From: Betaproteobacteria bacterium
GTDB taxonomy: Bacteria > Pseudomonadota > Gammaproteobacteria > Burkholderiales > Burkholderiaceae_C
NCBI GenBank assembly: GCA_043759535.1
Contig: JAYVLI010000020.1
Span: 7,718-71,717 of the forward strand
Direction: 5' to 3'
DNA: 64,000 bases
Positions 45,880-55,266 of this stretch are shown one piece after another (position 1 is the stretch's first letter; every line of letters starts with the position of its first letter). A program made the position numbers and the translations under genes. The notes below the pieces were generated by a model. That model was not told the origin of the DNA, did not search any database, and was given only the letters and a program-made list of their open reading frames with translations.

Positions 45880-47130
45880 TTGCACGCGCTTGATCGTCAA
45901 AGCCGCACTCCCCGTACAACCTGGAGCTCTCCGTTGGAACCCATCACCATCAGGCCCCCGAAACAAATCACCTTGGCCGGCATTGCCGAGCAGGCAGAGC
46001 GTGCAGTGGCGATGATGACCGAGATCAGGTCGGCCATGCTGGCGCCAACGGCGCGCAAGACACCCCCCATCTTCAACCTGAGCCAGTTGGCGGCCATGTG
46101 TGGCATTGAAAAGGGCTCGCTCAGCCACCGTATGAGCCGGGGTGATTTACCGCCCGGCCGCCTGAACAGCGCTGGCAGCCGGCGTGAGTTCAGCTTGGCC
46201 GAGGCGCGCCAGTGGATACGCGACTACCGGCGCGACATGCTGCGCCCGGCCGGCGCTGAAGCCGTGACGATTGCCATTGGCAACTTCAAGGGTGGTGTGT
46301 CTAAAACCACCACGGCGGTGACCCTGGCCCAGGGCTTGACCTTGCTGGGCCACAAGGTGCTGGTGATCGACACCGACCCACAGGGCTCGCTCACCACGCT
46401 GTTTGGCATCCTGCCCGACACCGAGGTGGAGGAGCACGACACCATCCTGCCGCTGGCGATGGGCTCGCAGACCTCCATCCGCTACGCCATCCGCCCCACT
46501 TATTGGGATGGCATTGATCTGGTGGCGGCTGCACCGGTGCTGTTTGGGGCTGAATTTGCGTTGCCGGCGCGCCAGACGCAAGAGCCCGGATTCGAGTTCT
46601 GGCGTGTGCTGGATTTGGGTATCGATGACGTGCGGCCCGACTACGACGTGATCGTGATCGACACCCCCCCTGCCCTGTCGTACACCACCATCAATGCCTT
46701 CATGGCGTCCAACGGCATCATCATGCCGCTGCCGCCCAACGCGCTGGACTTTGCATCTGCCTCGCAGTTCTGGAGCTTGTTTGCCGACTTGACCAACGAG
46801 TTGATCACCAAGCGCGGTTTGAGCAAGGCGTTTGATTTCATCCACATCCTGCTGGCCCGGGTGGATTCCAGTGACGCCGCCAGCAACATCGTGCGGCAGT
46901 GGATCGGGTCCACCTACGCCGAAAAGGTGTTGCCGGTGGAGATCCCCAAGACCGCTGTCACCGCCACCAGCAGTGTTGAATTTGGCACCGTGTACGACAT
47001 TTCGCGCTACGACGGCAATGCGCGCACCTTCAAGCGGGCGCGGGACGCTTACGACACCTTTGTCTCGTATATCGAGGGCTCGGTGCGGTCGGTGTGGCAA
47101 CAACAAGCCGCCGCTACGCGCGGCCAGTGA
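45880..47130 (+). CDS. parA: Type Ia ParA partition ATPase (N-terminal HTH)
   Basis: NFKGGVSKTT deviant Walker A, IDTDPQGS and IDTPP. Start uncertain (TTG 45880 or 45934). Confidence 0.93.
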   Translation: MHALDRQSRTPRTTWSSPLEPITIRPPKQITLAGIAEQAERAVAMMTEIRSAMLAPTARKTPPIFNLSQLAAMCGIEKGSLSHRMSRGDLPPGRLNSAGSRREFSLAEARQWIRDYRRDMLRPAGAEAVTIAIGNFKGGVSKTTTAVTLAQGLTLLGHKVLVIDTDPQGSLTTLFGILPDTEVEEHDTILPLAMGSQTSIRYAIRPTYWDGIDLVAAAPVLFGAEFALPARQTQEPGFEFWRVLDLGIDDVRPDYDVIVIDTPPALSYTTINAFMASNGIIMPLPPNALDFASASQFWSLFADLTNELITKRGLSKAFDFIHILLARVDSSDAASNIVRQWIGSTYAEKVLPVEIPKTAVTATSSVEFGTVYDISRYDGNARTFKRARDAYDTFVSYIEGSVRSVWQQQAAATRGQ

Positions 47131-47143
47131 AGAGGGCATCGAC

Positions 47144-48277
47144 ATGGCCAAAAAACTGCTGGCAAAAGCCGGTTTGATCCAGTTGCCACCCGCACTGCCG
47201 CGCCAGGTGTTGCTGGACGCCCCCTCCGGAGTGGCCGTTGGTGGCGCGGTTGCTGCCGAGTCCGTCGAATTGGAGCAGGCCAAGGCCAAAACAGCGCCCG
47301 GGTCGATGTTGCAGTTCATGACAGCCCAATCTGCAGCCGTCAAGGAAGCGGAGCTTTTGCGGGAGCGCTTGGCTGGCTTTGATGGAGCCCTGCCTGCACG
47401 CCGGTTGGACCCGCGCACTGTGGGCGTGTCCACCTGGGCCAACCGCCATGCCGACAGCTACCAGGACGATGACTTTGCCGCGCTCAAGCTCGACATTGCA
47501 GCAGCGGGTGGCAATGTGCAGGCGATCAAGGTCAGGCCATTGCCAGCACCCGCTGCGCCAGCCGCCGGGTTGCAGTTGGGGGTTGGACCGTCCAACCCCC
47601 TTGCGACAGGCCCTGACAGCGCGGCGCTGCTGTATGAAATCGTCTTCGGCCACCGCCGCCACCGCGCCTGCCTGGATTTGGGTCTGCCGGTGCTGGCTGT
47701 GGTGGAGGACTTGCCCGAGCAGCAGTTGTTTGTCGAGATGGAGCGCGAGAACCGCGCCCGCAAGGATTTGTCCGCCTGGGAGCAGGGGATGATGTACGCC
47801 CGTGCGCTGGATCAGGGCCTGTACCCGTCCAACCGGCAGTTGGCAGCGGCCATCGGACGTGATTTGGGCGATGTGGGCAAGGCCTTGTCGCTGGCGCGTT
47901 TGCCCTTGGCCGTGGTGCAGGCATTCCGGTCGCCGTTAGACCTGCAATACCGCTGGGCCAAGCCGCTGGGTGACGCGCAGCAGCGGGATCCGGACGGGCT
48001 GGTGCAGCGGGCGAGGGCGATCAAACCCCTGGCTGCACAGTGCATACCGCGGCAGGTTTTTGATGCCCTGGTGGCCGATGCCGGGGCGACAACGGCGATG
48101 GCCGCTCACCCGCGATCGTTGGGCCCGGTTGAGCTAACGGTGCGTCAGGGCGCGCGGGCAGCGGCGGTGGTGGCTGTCGACACGACGGGCCGCACCGTGG
48201 TGCGCTTCAACAAGCCGCTGGATGAGACCAAGCGGCAAGCGTTGGTGGCTGTGTTGGCGCAATTTTTGGCGGGGTAG
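47144..48277 (+). CDS. parB: ParB/RepB/Spo0J partition protein
   Basis: YEIVFGHRRHRAC arginine patch, ENRARKDLS.WE and an HTH. 13 bp after parA. Confidence 0.93.
   Translation: MAKKLLAKAGLIQLPPALPRQVLLDAPSGVAVGGAVAAESVELEQAKAKTAPGSMLQFMTAQSAAVKEAELLRERLAGFDGALPARRLDPRTVGVSTWANRHADSYQDDDFAALKLDIAAAGGNVQAIKVRPLPAPAAPAAGLQLGVGPSNPLATGPDSAALLYEIVFGHRRHRACLDLGLPVLAVVEDLPEQQLFVEMERENRARKDLSAWEQGMMYARALDQGLYPSNRQLAAAIGRDLGDVGKALSLARLPLAVVQAFRSPLDLQYRWAKPLGDAQQRDPDGLVQRARAIKPLAAQCIPRQVFDALVADAGATTAMAAHPRSLGPVELTVRQGARAAAVVAVDTTGRTVVRFNKPLDETKRQALVAVLAQFLAG
47578..47600. promoter_or_regulatory. parS-like palindrome inside parB
   Basis: GGGGGTTGGAC-C-GTCCAACCCCC with perfect 11-bp arms. Confidence 0.6.
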
Positions 48278-48327
48278 GGCAGGGCGGCCTGATCCCGAAA
48301 ACACTCACCTGACTTTGGTCAATGGCG

Positions 48328-48360
48328 GCGGTTGGGGTTGGACGGTCCAACCCCCACCGC
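48328..48360. promoter_or_regulatory. parS-like palindrome downstream of parB
   Basis: GGGGTTGGAC-G-GTCCAACCCC at 48334-48354, with the same arms as the intragenic copy and extendable arms. Confidence 0.6.
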
Positions 48361-48378
48361 AAAGCTGCCAACAGCCGC

Positions 48379-49188
48379 TCAATCGCGGAACGACGACGGT
48401 GGTGCCGGCTCCAGCCGCTGCAGCAAGGCGCGCCATTCCCGCAGGTTGGGGTCAGTCTGGCCAACGGGGCGTTTGCTGGCGCCGCTCTCGTACTGCAGGG
48501 CGGTGCGCTCACACACCTCAGCCGGCACCGGGTTGATGGCCTGGCCGCTGGCCTGAATGGCCATTTGCACCTTGCAGGCGCGCTCCAGGTTGTACATCAG
48601 GATGAACGCCTCGGGCACGGTGCGGCCCAAGGTCACCAGGCCATGATTGCGCAGGATCAGCGCGCGGGCAGTGGCGCCCAGGTTGGCCACCAAGCGCTCA
48701 CGTTCGGCATGGTCCAGCGCAATGCCCTCAAACGCGTGGTAGGCCACACGCTGGTAAAACTGCAACGACCACTGGTTGCACGGCTGCAACCCACCCACTA
48801 CCGATGACACCGCCACCCCCGCCACCGTGTGGGTGTGCAGCACGCAAGCGGCATCGTGCCGGGCCGAATGCACAGCGCTGTGGATGGTGAAGCCGGCTGG
48901 GTTCACGTCATACGGTGAATCACCCACGACGCGGCCGGCCAGGTCGATCTTGACCAGTGATGACGCGGTGATGTCACGGAACAGCAAACCGTAGGGATTG
49001 ATCAAAAATTGGTCGTCATGCCCCGGCACCCGTGCCGAGATGTGGGTGTAAATGCTGTCGTCCATGCCGAAATAAGCAACCAAGCGGTAGGCCGCAGCCA
49101 GGTCTTGGCGCACCTGCTGTTCGGCGGCAGACACGGTGTGCGTGACGCGGGCAGGGCGGACCTGGTGGGCAGGCAATACGGCAGTCAT
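48379..49188 (-). CDS. Class II aldolase/adducin family protein
   Basis: DLAAAYRL, THISAR, FLINPYG, GFTIHSAVH, LHTHT and LRNHG. Confidence 0.92.
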   Translation of the reverse strand: MTAVLPAHQVRPARVTHTVSAAEQQVRQDLAAAYRLVAYFGMDDSIYTHISARVPGHDDQFLINPYGLLFRDITASSLVKIDLAGRVVGDSPYDVNPAGFTIHSAVHSARHDAACVLHTHTVAGVAVSSVVGGLQPCNQWSLQFYQRVAYHAFEGIALDHAERERLVANLGATARALILRNHGLVTLGRTVPEAFILMYNLERACKVQMAIQASGQAINPVPAEVCERTALQYESGASKRPVGQTDPNLREWRALLQRLEPAPPSSFRD

Positions 49189-49594
49189 GGCATGGTCCTT
49201 TCTTGCGCCACCGGGTGTGGCTGCGGCGCGTGGTGGGCGGGGTGTACAAGCCGTCTGTCAATCAAGACACAGCGCTCCAAAACAACGCGCACCAGACACG
49301 GCCACACACATCGTAGGCCGTGCCATCCACCAGAACCTGTCACCCACGCTGCACCAGCCGCATCGCATGGCTTGCGCTATATCTTTGAATACATAACGAA
49401 GACCGGGCCATCTGGCCAGCCTGCGTGCTTGGCCGGTGTCACGTACAGCCTGGAGGCTGGGTTAGTCAACCAGCGGGGGCGTGCGCGGCGGTCGTACCCG
49501 GTGATTGCACGCGGTGTTGGAAGCGCCAGCGGGTGAATATCTTAGCCGCAGCGCTGATAACCCCCCAACAGATATTGCAGCAGCAGGCGCGCCG

Positions 49595-50062
49595 TCAGGG
49601 TTTGGCGCGCAGGTCCTCGAACTTGCGGGTGCGTTCGTCCAGCGCCAGGGTATCGGGTACCAGGGCACGCAACCATTGTGGTTGTCGGCCTTTGGTGCCG
49701 CCCACCCAACTGTCACCACCGGCCGGGTTGTGGTAGGTCACGCCAAACTGGTAGGGCTTGGGGTCACTGCTGGAAGCCCCGCTGATGCTGCCCACACCAC
49801 CGCCAGCCGCACCGTCCGCCGCATGGCCAGCACTGCGGCTGGCCCTGGGTGCCTTCTTGGGCAAGTAGTGTTGAAATTCGGCAATCACTTCGGCAACCGT
49901 CAGCCCGTTCAACTGCGCCTTTTGGGCCCAGCCGTTGACCAGCGTCTTCAATTCGTTGTCCCGCTTGGCGGCGATCTTGGCTGACACTTCATCGGCCAAG
50001 GCCTGCAGTGCTTGATAATCCAACCCGTCGAGATTGACCAATTTGCCATTGTCCGCTGTCAT
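49595..50062 (-). CDS. H-NS family nucleoid protein
   Basis: N-terminal coiled coil and C-terminal YHNP...SWVGGTKGRQPQWL, a variant of the TWxGxGRxPxW motif. AT-rich upstream region. Confidence 0.8.
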   Translation of the reverse strand: MTADNGKLVNLDGLDYQALQALADEVSAKIAAKRDNELKTLVNGWAQKAQLNGLTVAEVIAEFQHYLPKKAPRASRSAGHAADGAAGGGVGSISGASSSDPKPYQFGVTYHNPAGGDSWVGGTKGRQPQWLRALVPDTLALDERTRKFEDLRAKP

Positions 50063-50201
50063 TCACATTCCTTTTATGAAAAGGTTTCATGATACACAGC
50101 GACGAGATTGCCAAATATCTTTGCAATGCAACATTGGCTAAAGCGGTGAATCGGTGGTGCATTGCCGCCGGGGTTAGCAAATGCTTTGTACGGGCTTAAC
50201 C

Positions 50202-50573
50202 ATGCGGTTTGATCGGCGCTTTTGGGTTGATGTTGGGGCTGGCGTGCCGCATGGCGTTTGGTGGCGCTTGCCAAGCTGGCTGCAGCGCTGTTTCAGCCCA
50301 CGCCGGGCGACGGCAGTCAACCCCCAAGCGCCACTTGGCCTGGTGGCCGACCCGGCGCATCCGCCGGCACACGACCTGGCGCACGATCTGGAACACGGCC
50401 TGACGCACCAGCAAGCACAAGCCTTGGTCCGCGCCGTTGATGCCGGTGGCTTGCCGCTGCACCCGGGGCGGGTCAACCAGATCGCCAGGCGGCTGGGTTT
50501 GCAGGTCTCGTCGGCCGCGCCTGTGGGCGAGACCGTGGCCCGTATCCGCGCCGCGCTGGCCCGGTTGGGTTGA
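50202..50573 (+). CDS. Hypothetical protein
   Basis: Gene-like C-terminal half AVDAGGLPLHPGRVNQIARRLGLQVS. Start uncertain. Confidence 0.5.
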   Translation: MRFDRRFWVDVGAGVPHGVWWRLPSWLQRCFSPRRATAVNPQAPLGLVADPAHPPAHDLAHDLEHGLTHQQAQALVRAVDAGGLPLHPGRVNQIARRLGLQVSSAAPVGETVARIRAALARLG

Positions 50574-50660
50574 GCACTTGAGGCGTTTTTGACCGCGCCC
50601 AAACGGCGCGCAAAATCAAGGCTTGTCTTTTGCTGCCGGCCTTGGCGCTGGCCTACTGCC

Positions 50661-52169
50661 ATGCTGGACACCCTTGAAACCACCGCCCGCCGCGCCGCCG
50701 GCCGGCTGCCCACCAGCACCCGCCACTGGGCGGTGCGTGGCATGACTGAATTTGCCGAGCAACTCTGTGTGCGCCAAGACGTGGCCGAAGCCCCGCGCCG
50801 CAGCCAGGATGACGGTGTGATGGTCAGCGTGTTGGACGGCGGCCTGGGCCATGCGGCCACGTCCGATGTGTCCGAGGCCGGTTTAGCGGCCGCCTTCGCC
50901 CGTGCTTCAGCGCTGGCCCGCGCCGGTGCCGGCCGCAGCGTGATCGACCCCAACACGCTGGTGCAGCCCACTGCATCTGGCCGTTATGCCGCTGTGGTGC
51001 AGCGGCCTGCTGCCAGCGCTACCTTGCCCGAGAAAATCGGCTGGTTGCGTGAGGTCTGCGCCGCCGCCGGTGGTCGTGGGGATGGCGATGGGAATGGTGG
51101 TGACGCAGGGCAGGGCGCCCGCATCGTTGACCGGGAGGCCAGCTTGTGGAGCGTGCGCACCGAGCAGCTGTTCTTCACCAGCGACGGCGCCCACACCCAC
51201 CAGCAGTGGGAGTTCATGACGCCGTCTGTCACCGCCACTGCCCAGGCCGGCGGCCTGACGCAGGTGCGCTCCAGCGCTGGCCAGTACAACGGCTTTTGCC
51301 AGCAGGGTGGCCTGGAGGTGCTGGACCGCGCGGGCTTTCGCACCCAAGAAGGCCTCCGCGTGGCGCGTGAAGCGCTGGAGCTGGTGGGCGCACCGGCATG
51401 CCCCAGCGGGACGTTGGATTTGATCCTGATGCCTGACCAGATGATGTTGCAGATCCATGAAAGCATCGGCCATCCGCTGGAGCTGGACCGCATCCTGGGC
51501 GACGAGCGCAACATGGCCGGCACCAGTTTTGTCACGATGGACATGTTTGGCCACTACCGCTACGGCAGCGAGTTGCTCAATGTCAGTTTTGACCCGGCCC
51601 GGCCGCATGAGTTTGCGGGGTTTGCTTTTGATGATGAAGGCATGGCCGCCGAGCGTGCCTTGCTGATTGAGCGCGGTGTGCTGCTGCGCCCGCTGGGGGG
51701 CAGCTTGTCGCAAGCGCGGGCACGGGCACAGGGGTTTGAGTTGGGCGCCGTGGCCACCACCCGGTCGTCAGCCTGGAACCGTGCGCCGATTGACCGCATG
51801 AGCAACCTCAATGTGGAGCCCGGCAGCCACACGCTGGACCAGATCATCGCCAGCACCACGCTGGGCGTGGTGATGCACACCAACTGCTCCTGGAGCATTG
51901 ATGACTCCCGCAACAAGTTCCAGTTTGGCTGCGAATACGGCCGCATGGTGCGGGGTGGCAAGCTGGCCGAGGTGGTGCGCAACCCCAACTACCGCGGCAT
52001 CAGCGCCACCTTTTGGCGCTCACTGGCCATGGTGGGGGACGCCAGCACACTGCAGGTGATGGGCACACCGTTTTGCGGCAAAGGTGAGCCGTCCCAAGTC
52101 ATCCGCGTTGGCCATGCTGCACCGGTGTGCAAGTTCGCGCAGGTGGATGTGTTTGGGGCTGCAGCATGA
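50661..52169 (+). CDS. tldD: TldD family metalloprotease
   Basis: IHESIGHPLELD (HExxxH), FDDEG, PIDRMSN and CGKG. Confidence 0.9.
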   Translation: MLDTLETTARRAAGRLPTSTRHWAVRGMTEFAEQLCVRQDVAEAPRRSQDDGVMVSVLDGGLGHAATSDVSEAGLAAAFARASALARAGAGRSVIDPNTLVQPTASGRYAAVVQRPAASATLPEKIGWLREVCAAAGGRGDGDGNGGDAGQGARIVDREASLWSVRTEQLFFTSDGAHTHQQWEFMTPSVTATAQAGGLTQVRSSAGQYNGFCQQGGLEVLDRAGFRTQEGLRVAREALELVGAPACPSGTLDLILMPDQMMLQIHESIGHPLELDRILGDERNMAGTSFVTMDMFGHYRYGSELLNVSFDPARPHEFAGFAFDDEGMAAERALLIERGVLLRPLGGSLSQARARAQGFELGAVATTRSSAWNRAPIDRMSNLNVEPGSHTLDQIIASTTLGVVMHTNCSWSIDDSRNKFQFGCEYGRMVRGGKLAEVVRNPNYRGISATFWRSLAMVGDASTLQVMGTPFCGKGEPSQVIRVGHAAPVCKFAQVDVFGAAA

Positions 52170-53521
52170 TGGGCTATACCGATCCCGCCCGCTTCGCCCT
52201 GCTGGCTGACGCGCTGCTGCAGCCCGATGCGGCGGTAGACCGCACCAGCCTGTACCTAAGAGCTGAAGTGAGCGACTTTCTGCGCTTCAACCAGGCCAAG
52301 TTGCGGCAGGCCACCAACGTGCAGCAGGCCACGCTCACACTGGCGGTAGAGCGTGGCCAACGCCGCGCCGAAAGCACGCTCACGCTGGGTGGTGAGACGG
52401 CGCTGGATGTGGCCCGCCTGCAGGCCGAACGCCGCCTGCTGCTGGGCCAACTGGACCTGATCGCAGATGACCCCTGGCTGCAGCGGCCCGCTGCACCCAG
52501 CCACAGCCAGCGTGACGACAGCGGCACGCTGCCCGATGCGGCCCAGCTGATCGCACTGGTCCACAGCCAGGCCGGCCAGCGCCTGCAGCAAGACTTTGTC
52601 GGCTTTTATGCCGGTGGCCCGGTGGCCCACGCATTTGCGGACAGCCTGGGCGCCCGCCACTGGCACCGGGTGGTCAGCTTCCAGTTTGATTGGTGCCTGT
52701 ACCACCGGGCTGACAAGGCGGTGAAAACCAGCTATGCCGGTACCCAATGGCATGACGCCGAGTTTGCGCGCCGGCTGGACGCTGCAGCCCAACAAGTCCC
52801 GCTGTTAGGTATGGCGCCCCGCACGCTGGCCCCCGGTGCCTACCGCGCTGCGTTGGCGCCGGCGGCGATGGTGGAACTGCTGGGCACCTTGGGCTGGAGC
52901 GGCTTTTCACTCAAGGCGCGCCGCACAGGGGTCAGCGCGCTGATGCGGCTGGCGCGTGGTGAGGCGGCCTTCCACCCCAGTTTTCAATTGGATGACGCGG
53001 TGGCGCAAGGCACGGCGCCGGGTTTCTCGGCAGAAGGTTTTGTGCGGCCGGGCAGAGTGGCTTTGGTGCACGCGGGGCAACTGCCCAGCAGCGGCGGCAC
53101 GCTCAACGCGCCGCGCGCAGCCGCTGAATATGGTGTGCTAGCCAACGGCGTGGGCCCGCAAGAATCGCCCGACGCCTTGGTGCTGGCCACCGGCCACATC
53201 CCCCAGGCGGATTTGCTGCAGGTGTTGGATACCGGTCTCTACATCAGCAACCTCTGGTACCTCAATTACAGCGACCGGCAAGCCTGCCGCATGACCGGCA
53301 TGACGCGTTATGCCTGCTTCTGGGTTGACGGCGGCCGGCTGGTGGCGCCCATCAATGTGATGCGTTTTGACGATGACGCGCTGCGGCTGTTTGGCAGCGG
53401 CCTGGTGGGCTTGACCGACACCGCAGAGTTCACGCCCAACAGCAGCACTTACGGCGCACGCCAGCTCGATTCGGTGACCACCCCAGCAGCTGTGGTGAGC
53501 GGCTTGCGTTTGACGTTGTGA
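52166..53521 (+). CDS. TldE/PmbA family partner subunit
   Basis: ATGA-coupled to tldD. LRFNQAK.RQ, GLYISNLWYLN and TGMTR; no HExxxH. Confidence 0.85.
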   Translation: MMGYTDPARFALLADALLQPDAAVDRTSLYLRAEVSDFLRFNQAKLRQATNVQQATLTLAVERGQRRAESTLTLGGETALDVARLQAERRLLLGQLDLIADDPWLQRPAAPSHSQRDDSGTLPDAAQLIALVHSQAGQRLQQDFVGFYAGGPVAHAFADSLGARHWHRVVSFQFDWCLYHRADKAVKTSYAGTQWHDAEFARRLDAAAQQVPLLGMAPRTLAPGAYRAALAPAAMVELLGTLGWSGFSLKARRTGVSALMRLARGEAAFHPSFQLDDAVAQGTAPGFSAEGFVRPGRVALVHAGQLPSSGGTLNAPRAAAEYGVLANGVGPQESPDALVLATGHIPQADLLQVLDTGLYISNLWYLNYSDRQACRMTGMTRYACFWVDGGRLVAPINVMRFDDDALRLFGSGLVGLTDTAEFTPNSSTYGARQLDSVTTPAAVVSGLRLTL

Positions 53522-53646
53522 GCGGGCAGGCAGGGCAGGGCAGGGCAGGGCGCCGCAGCACGGCACGGCCGCACAAGCCCCTACCCCTAGAATGTTGGGG
53601 ACCTGTGATTGCGGGTCATCCCTTCAATCTCAGGACAACCGACCCC

Positions 53647-54264
53647 ATGGCAACTGCAAAAAAGACAGCAACCAAAACCATGACTGCACCGGCCACCAAG
53701 GCTGCAGCAGCGACAAAAACAGTGCTTGCTAAAAAAGCGCCCGCTGTCACCAAGGCCGCACCCGCCGCACCCGCCGCACCCGCCGCACCCGCCGCACCCG
53801 CCGCACCCGCCGCACCCGCCAAGAAGCTTGCCGCTGTGAAGCCGGCGCCAACCGCCATAAAAGCAGCTGCCGTCAAGACAGTCAAGGCAGCGGCACCGGC
53901 CAAGCCAGCGGTTAAAACGGCCGCACCGTCCAAGCTCAGCGCTGTGCTCAAACCCATCAAGACGGCGTTCAACAAGACCGGCCTGATTGCCCACCTGGCT
54001 GAGCTGGCGGTGGTTGAGGCCAAAGCCGTCAAGGCCGTCATTGCGTCGCTGGAGGCCACCATCCTGGCATCGGTGCATAAAAAGGGCTTGGGCTCGTTCA
54101 CCCTGCCTGGCCTGCTCAAGGTCAATGTGGTCAACGTGCCGGCCAAGAAAAAGCGCACCGGTATTGACCCCTTCACCAAGGTCGAGCGGGTGTTTGCCGC
54201 CAAACCGGCCAGCGTCAAGATCAAGACCCGCGCACTGAAAAAACTGAAAGACGCAGCCGCCTGA
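53647..54264 (+). CDS. HU-like DNA-binding protein with histone-H1-like Ala/Lys/Pro N-terminal arm
   Basis: C-terminal HU fold (KTGLIAHLAE...FTLPGL...RTGIDPFT...FAAKPAS...LKKLKDA) after about 100 low-complexity residues. Confidence 0.88.
   Translation: MATAKKTATKTMTAPATKAAAATKTVLAKKAPAVTKAAPAAPAAPAAPAAPAAPAAPAKKLAAVKPAPTAIKAAAVKTVKAAAPAKPAVKTAAPSKLSAVLKPIKTAFNKTGLIAHLAELAVVEAKAVKAVIASLEATILASVHKKGLGSFTLPGLLKVNVVNVPAKKKRTGIDPFTKVERVFAAKPASVKIKTRALKKLKDAAA
53755..53820 (+). repeat. Perfect 9-bp tandem repeat (GCCGCACCC) x7 encoding (AAP)7
   Basis: Read directly from the sequence. Confidence 0.95.
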
Positions 54265-54354
54265 TCTGCCCTTGCTGCACCTGCTGCCTGGGGCAGCAAT
54301 TTGGCCCACAGCCCGCTTGTCTGGGCCGGCTTGGTCAGCAGGCTACAGTGCTGC

Positions 54355-55086
54355 ATGGCCTATGAACTGCACTACTGGCCGACCATTCAGGGCCGCGGAG
54401 AATTTGTCCGCCTGGCCCTTGAAGCGGCCGGCGCACCATATCTCGACGTGGCGCGTGGCGCTGAGGCCAAAGGCCAGGGCATGCCCGCCATGCTGCGCCA
54501 CCTGCAAGACCGCTACGAGACGCAACCCCCGTTTGCACCACCGTTTTTGAAAGACGGTGATGTGCTGGTGGGCCAGACGGCGGCTATCCTGCACCACATC
54601 GCCCCCACCCTGAAATTGGTGGCCCGCAGTGAGCGCGCCCGCGTCTGGACCCAGCAGATCCAGCTGACCATTGCCGACATGGTGACCGAGGCCCACGACA
54701 CCCACCACCCGGTGAGCATGGGCCTGCATTACGAAGACCAGCAGCCCGAAGCGCTGCGCCGTGCCGCCGGTTTTTGCCGCGAGCGCCTGCCCAAATACCT
54801 GCAGTGGTTTGAGGCCATCGTGCAACGCAACCCGGCCGGGCCCCGCCACTTGGTCGCTGGCAAGCTGAGTTATGCCGACCTGTCGCTGTTCCAGTTGATC
54901 GAGGGCTTGCGCTACGCTTTCCCCAAGGCAGCCGAGCAGGCGCTGGCCAAAACGCCCGCTGTGCTGCAACTGCATGCGCGCATCGCCGCACTGCCCAAAG
55001 TGGCGGCTTACCTGCGCAGTGAGCGGCGCATCCCGCTCAACGAGCAGGGCATCTTCCGGTGTTACCCGGAACTGGACTTTGTTTGA
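54355..55086 (+). CDS. Glutathione S-transferase
   Basis: YELHYWPTIQGRGEFVRLAL, PFAPPFL, GQTAAIL and LSYADLSLFQ. Confidence 0.9.
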   Translation: MAYELHYWPTIQGRGEFVRLALEAAGAPYLDVARGAEAKGQGMPAMLRHLQDRYETQPPFAPPFLKDGDVLVGQTAAILHHIAPTLKLVARSERARVWTQQIQLTIADMVTEAHDTHHPVSMGLHYEDQQPEALRRAAGFCRERLPKYLQWFEAIVQRNPAGPRHLVAGKLSYADLSLFQLIEGLRYAFPKAAEQALAKTPAVLQLHARIAALPKVAAYLRSERRIPLNEQGIFRCYPELDFV

Positions 55087-55266
55087 GGGCCGGTGTTGGC
55101 GCGGGCGCGTGGCCTGCCGGCAGGTTGGCAATGAGCCTGCAGTCGGCGCACCAATGCAAACCGGCAACAGCGCAGCAGGCTGCACCGTGGTGCGCGTGCC
55201 ATCCGCTTGGTTTTAAGTTGACATAAGATACATCGGCGCGGTTTGTTGTGTGGCGAATGTTGTCTC

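Noticed and set aside
43591-48277. Prophage or conjugative element
   Set aside because: No structural phage, integrase, relaxase or T4SS genes, and no att-like boundaries seen.
48328-48360. Simple Rho-independent terminator between convergent parB and aldolase
   Set aside because: It has a 1-nt loop and no clear U tract, and the same arms recur inside parB. A DNA-binding site is more likely, though a terminator role is not excluded.
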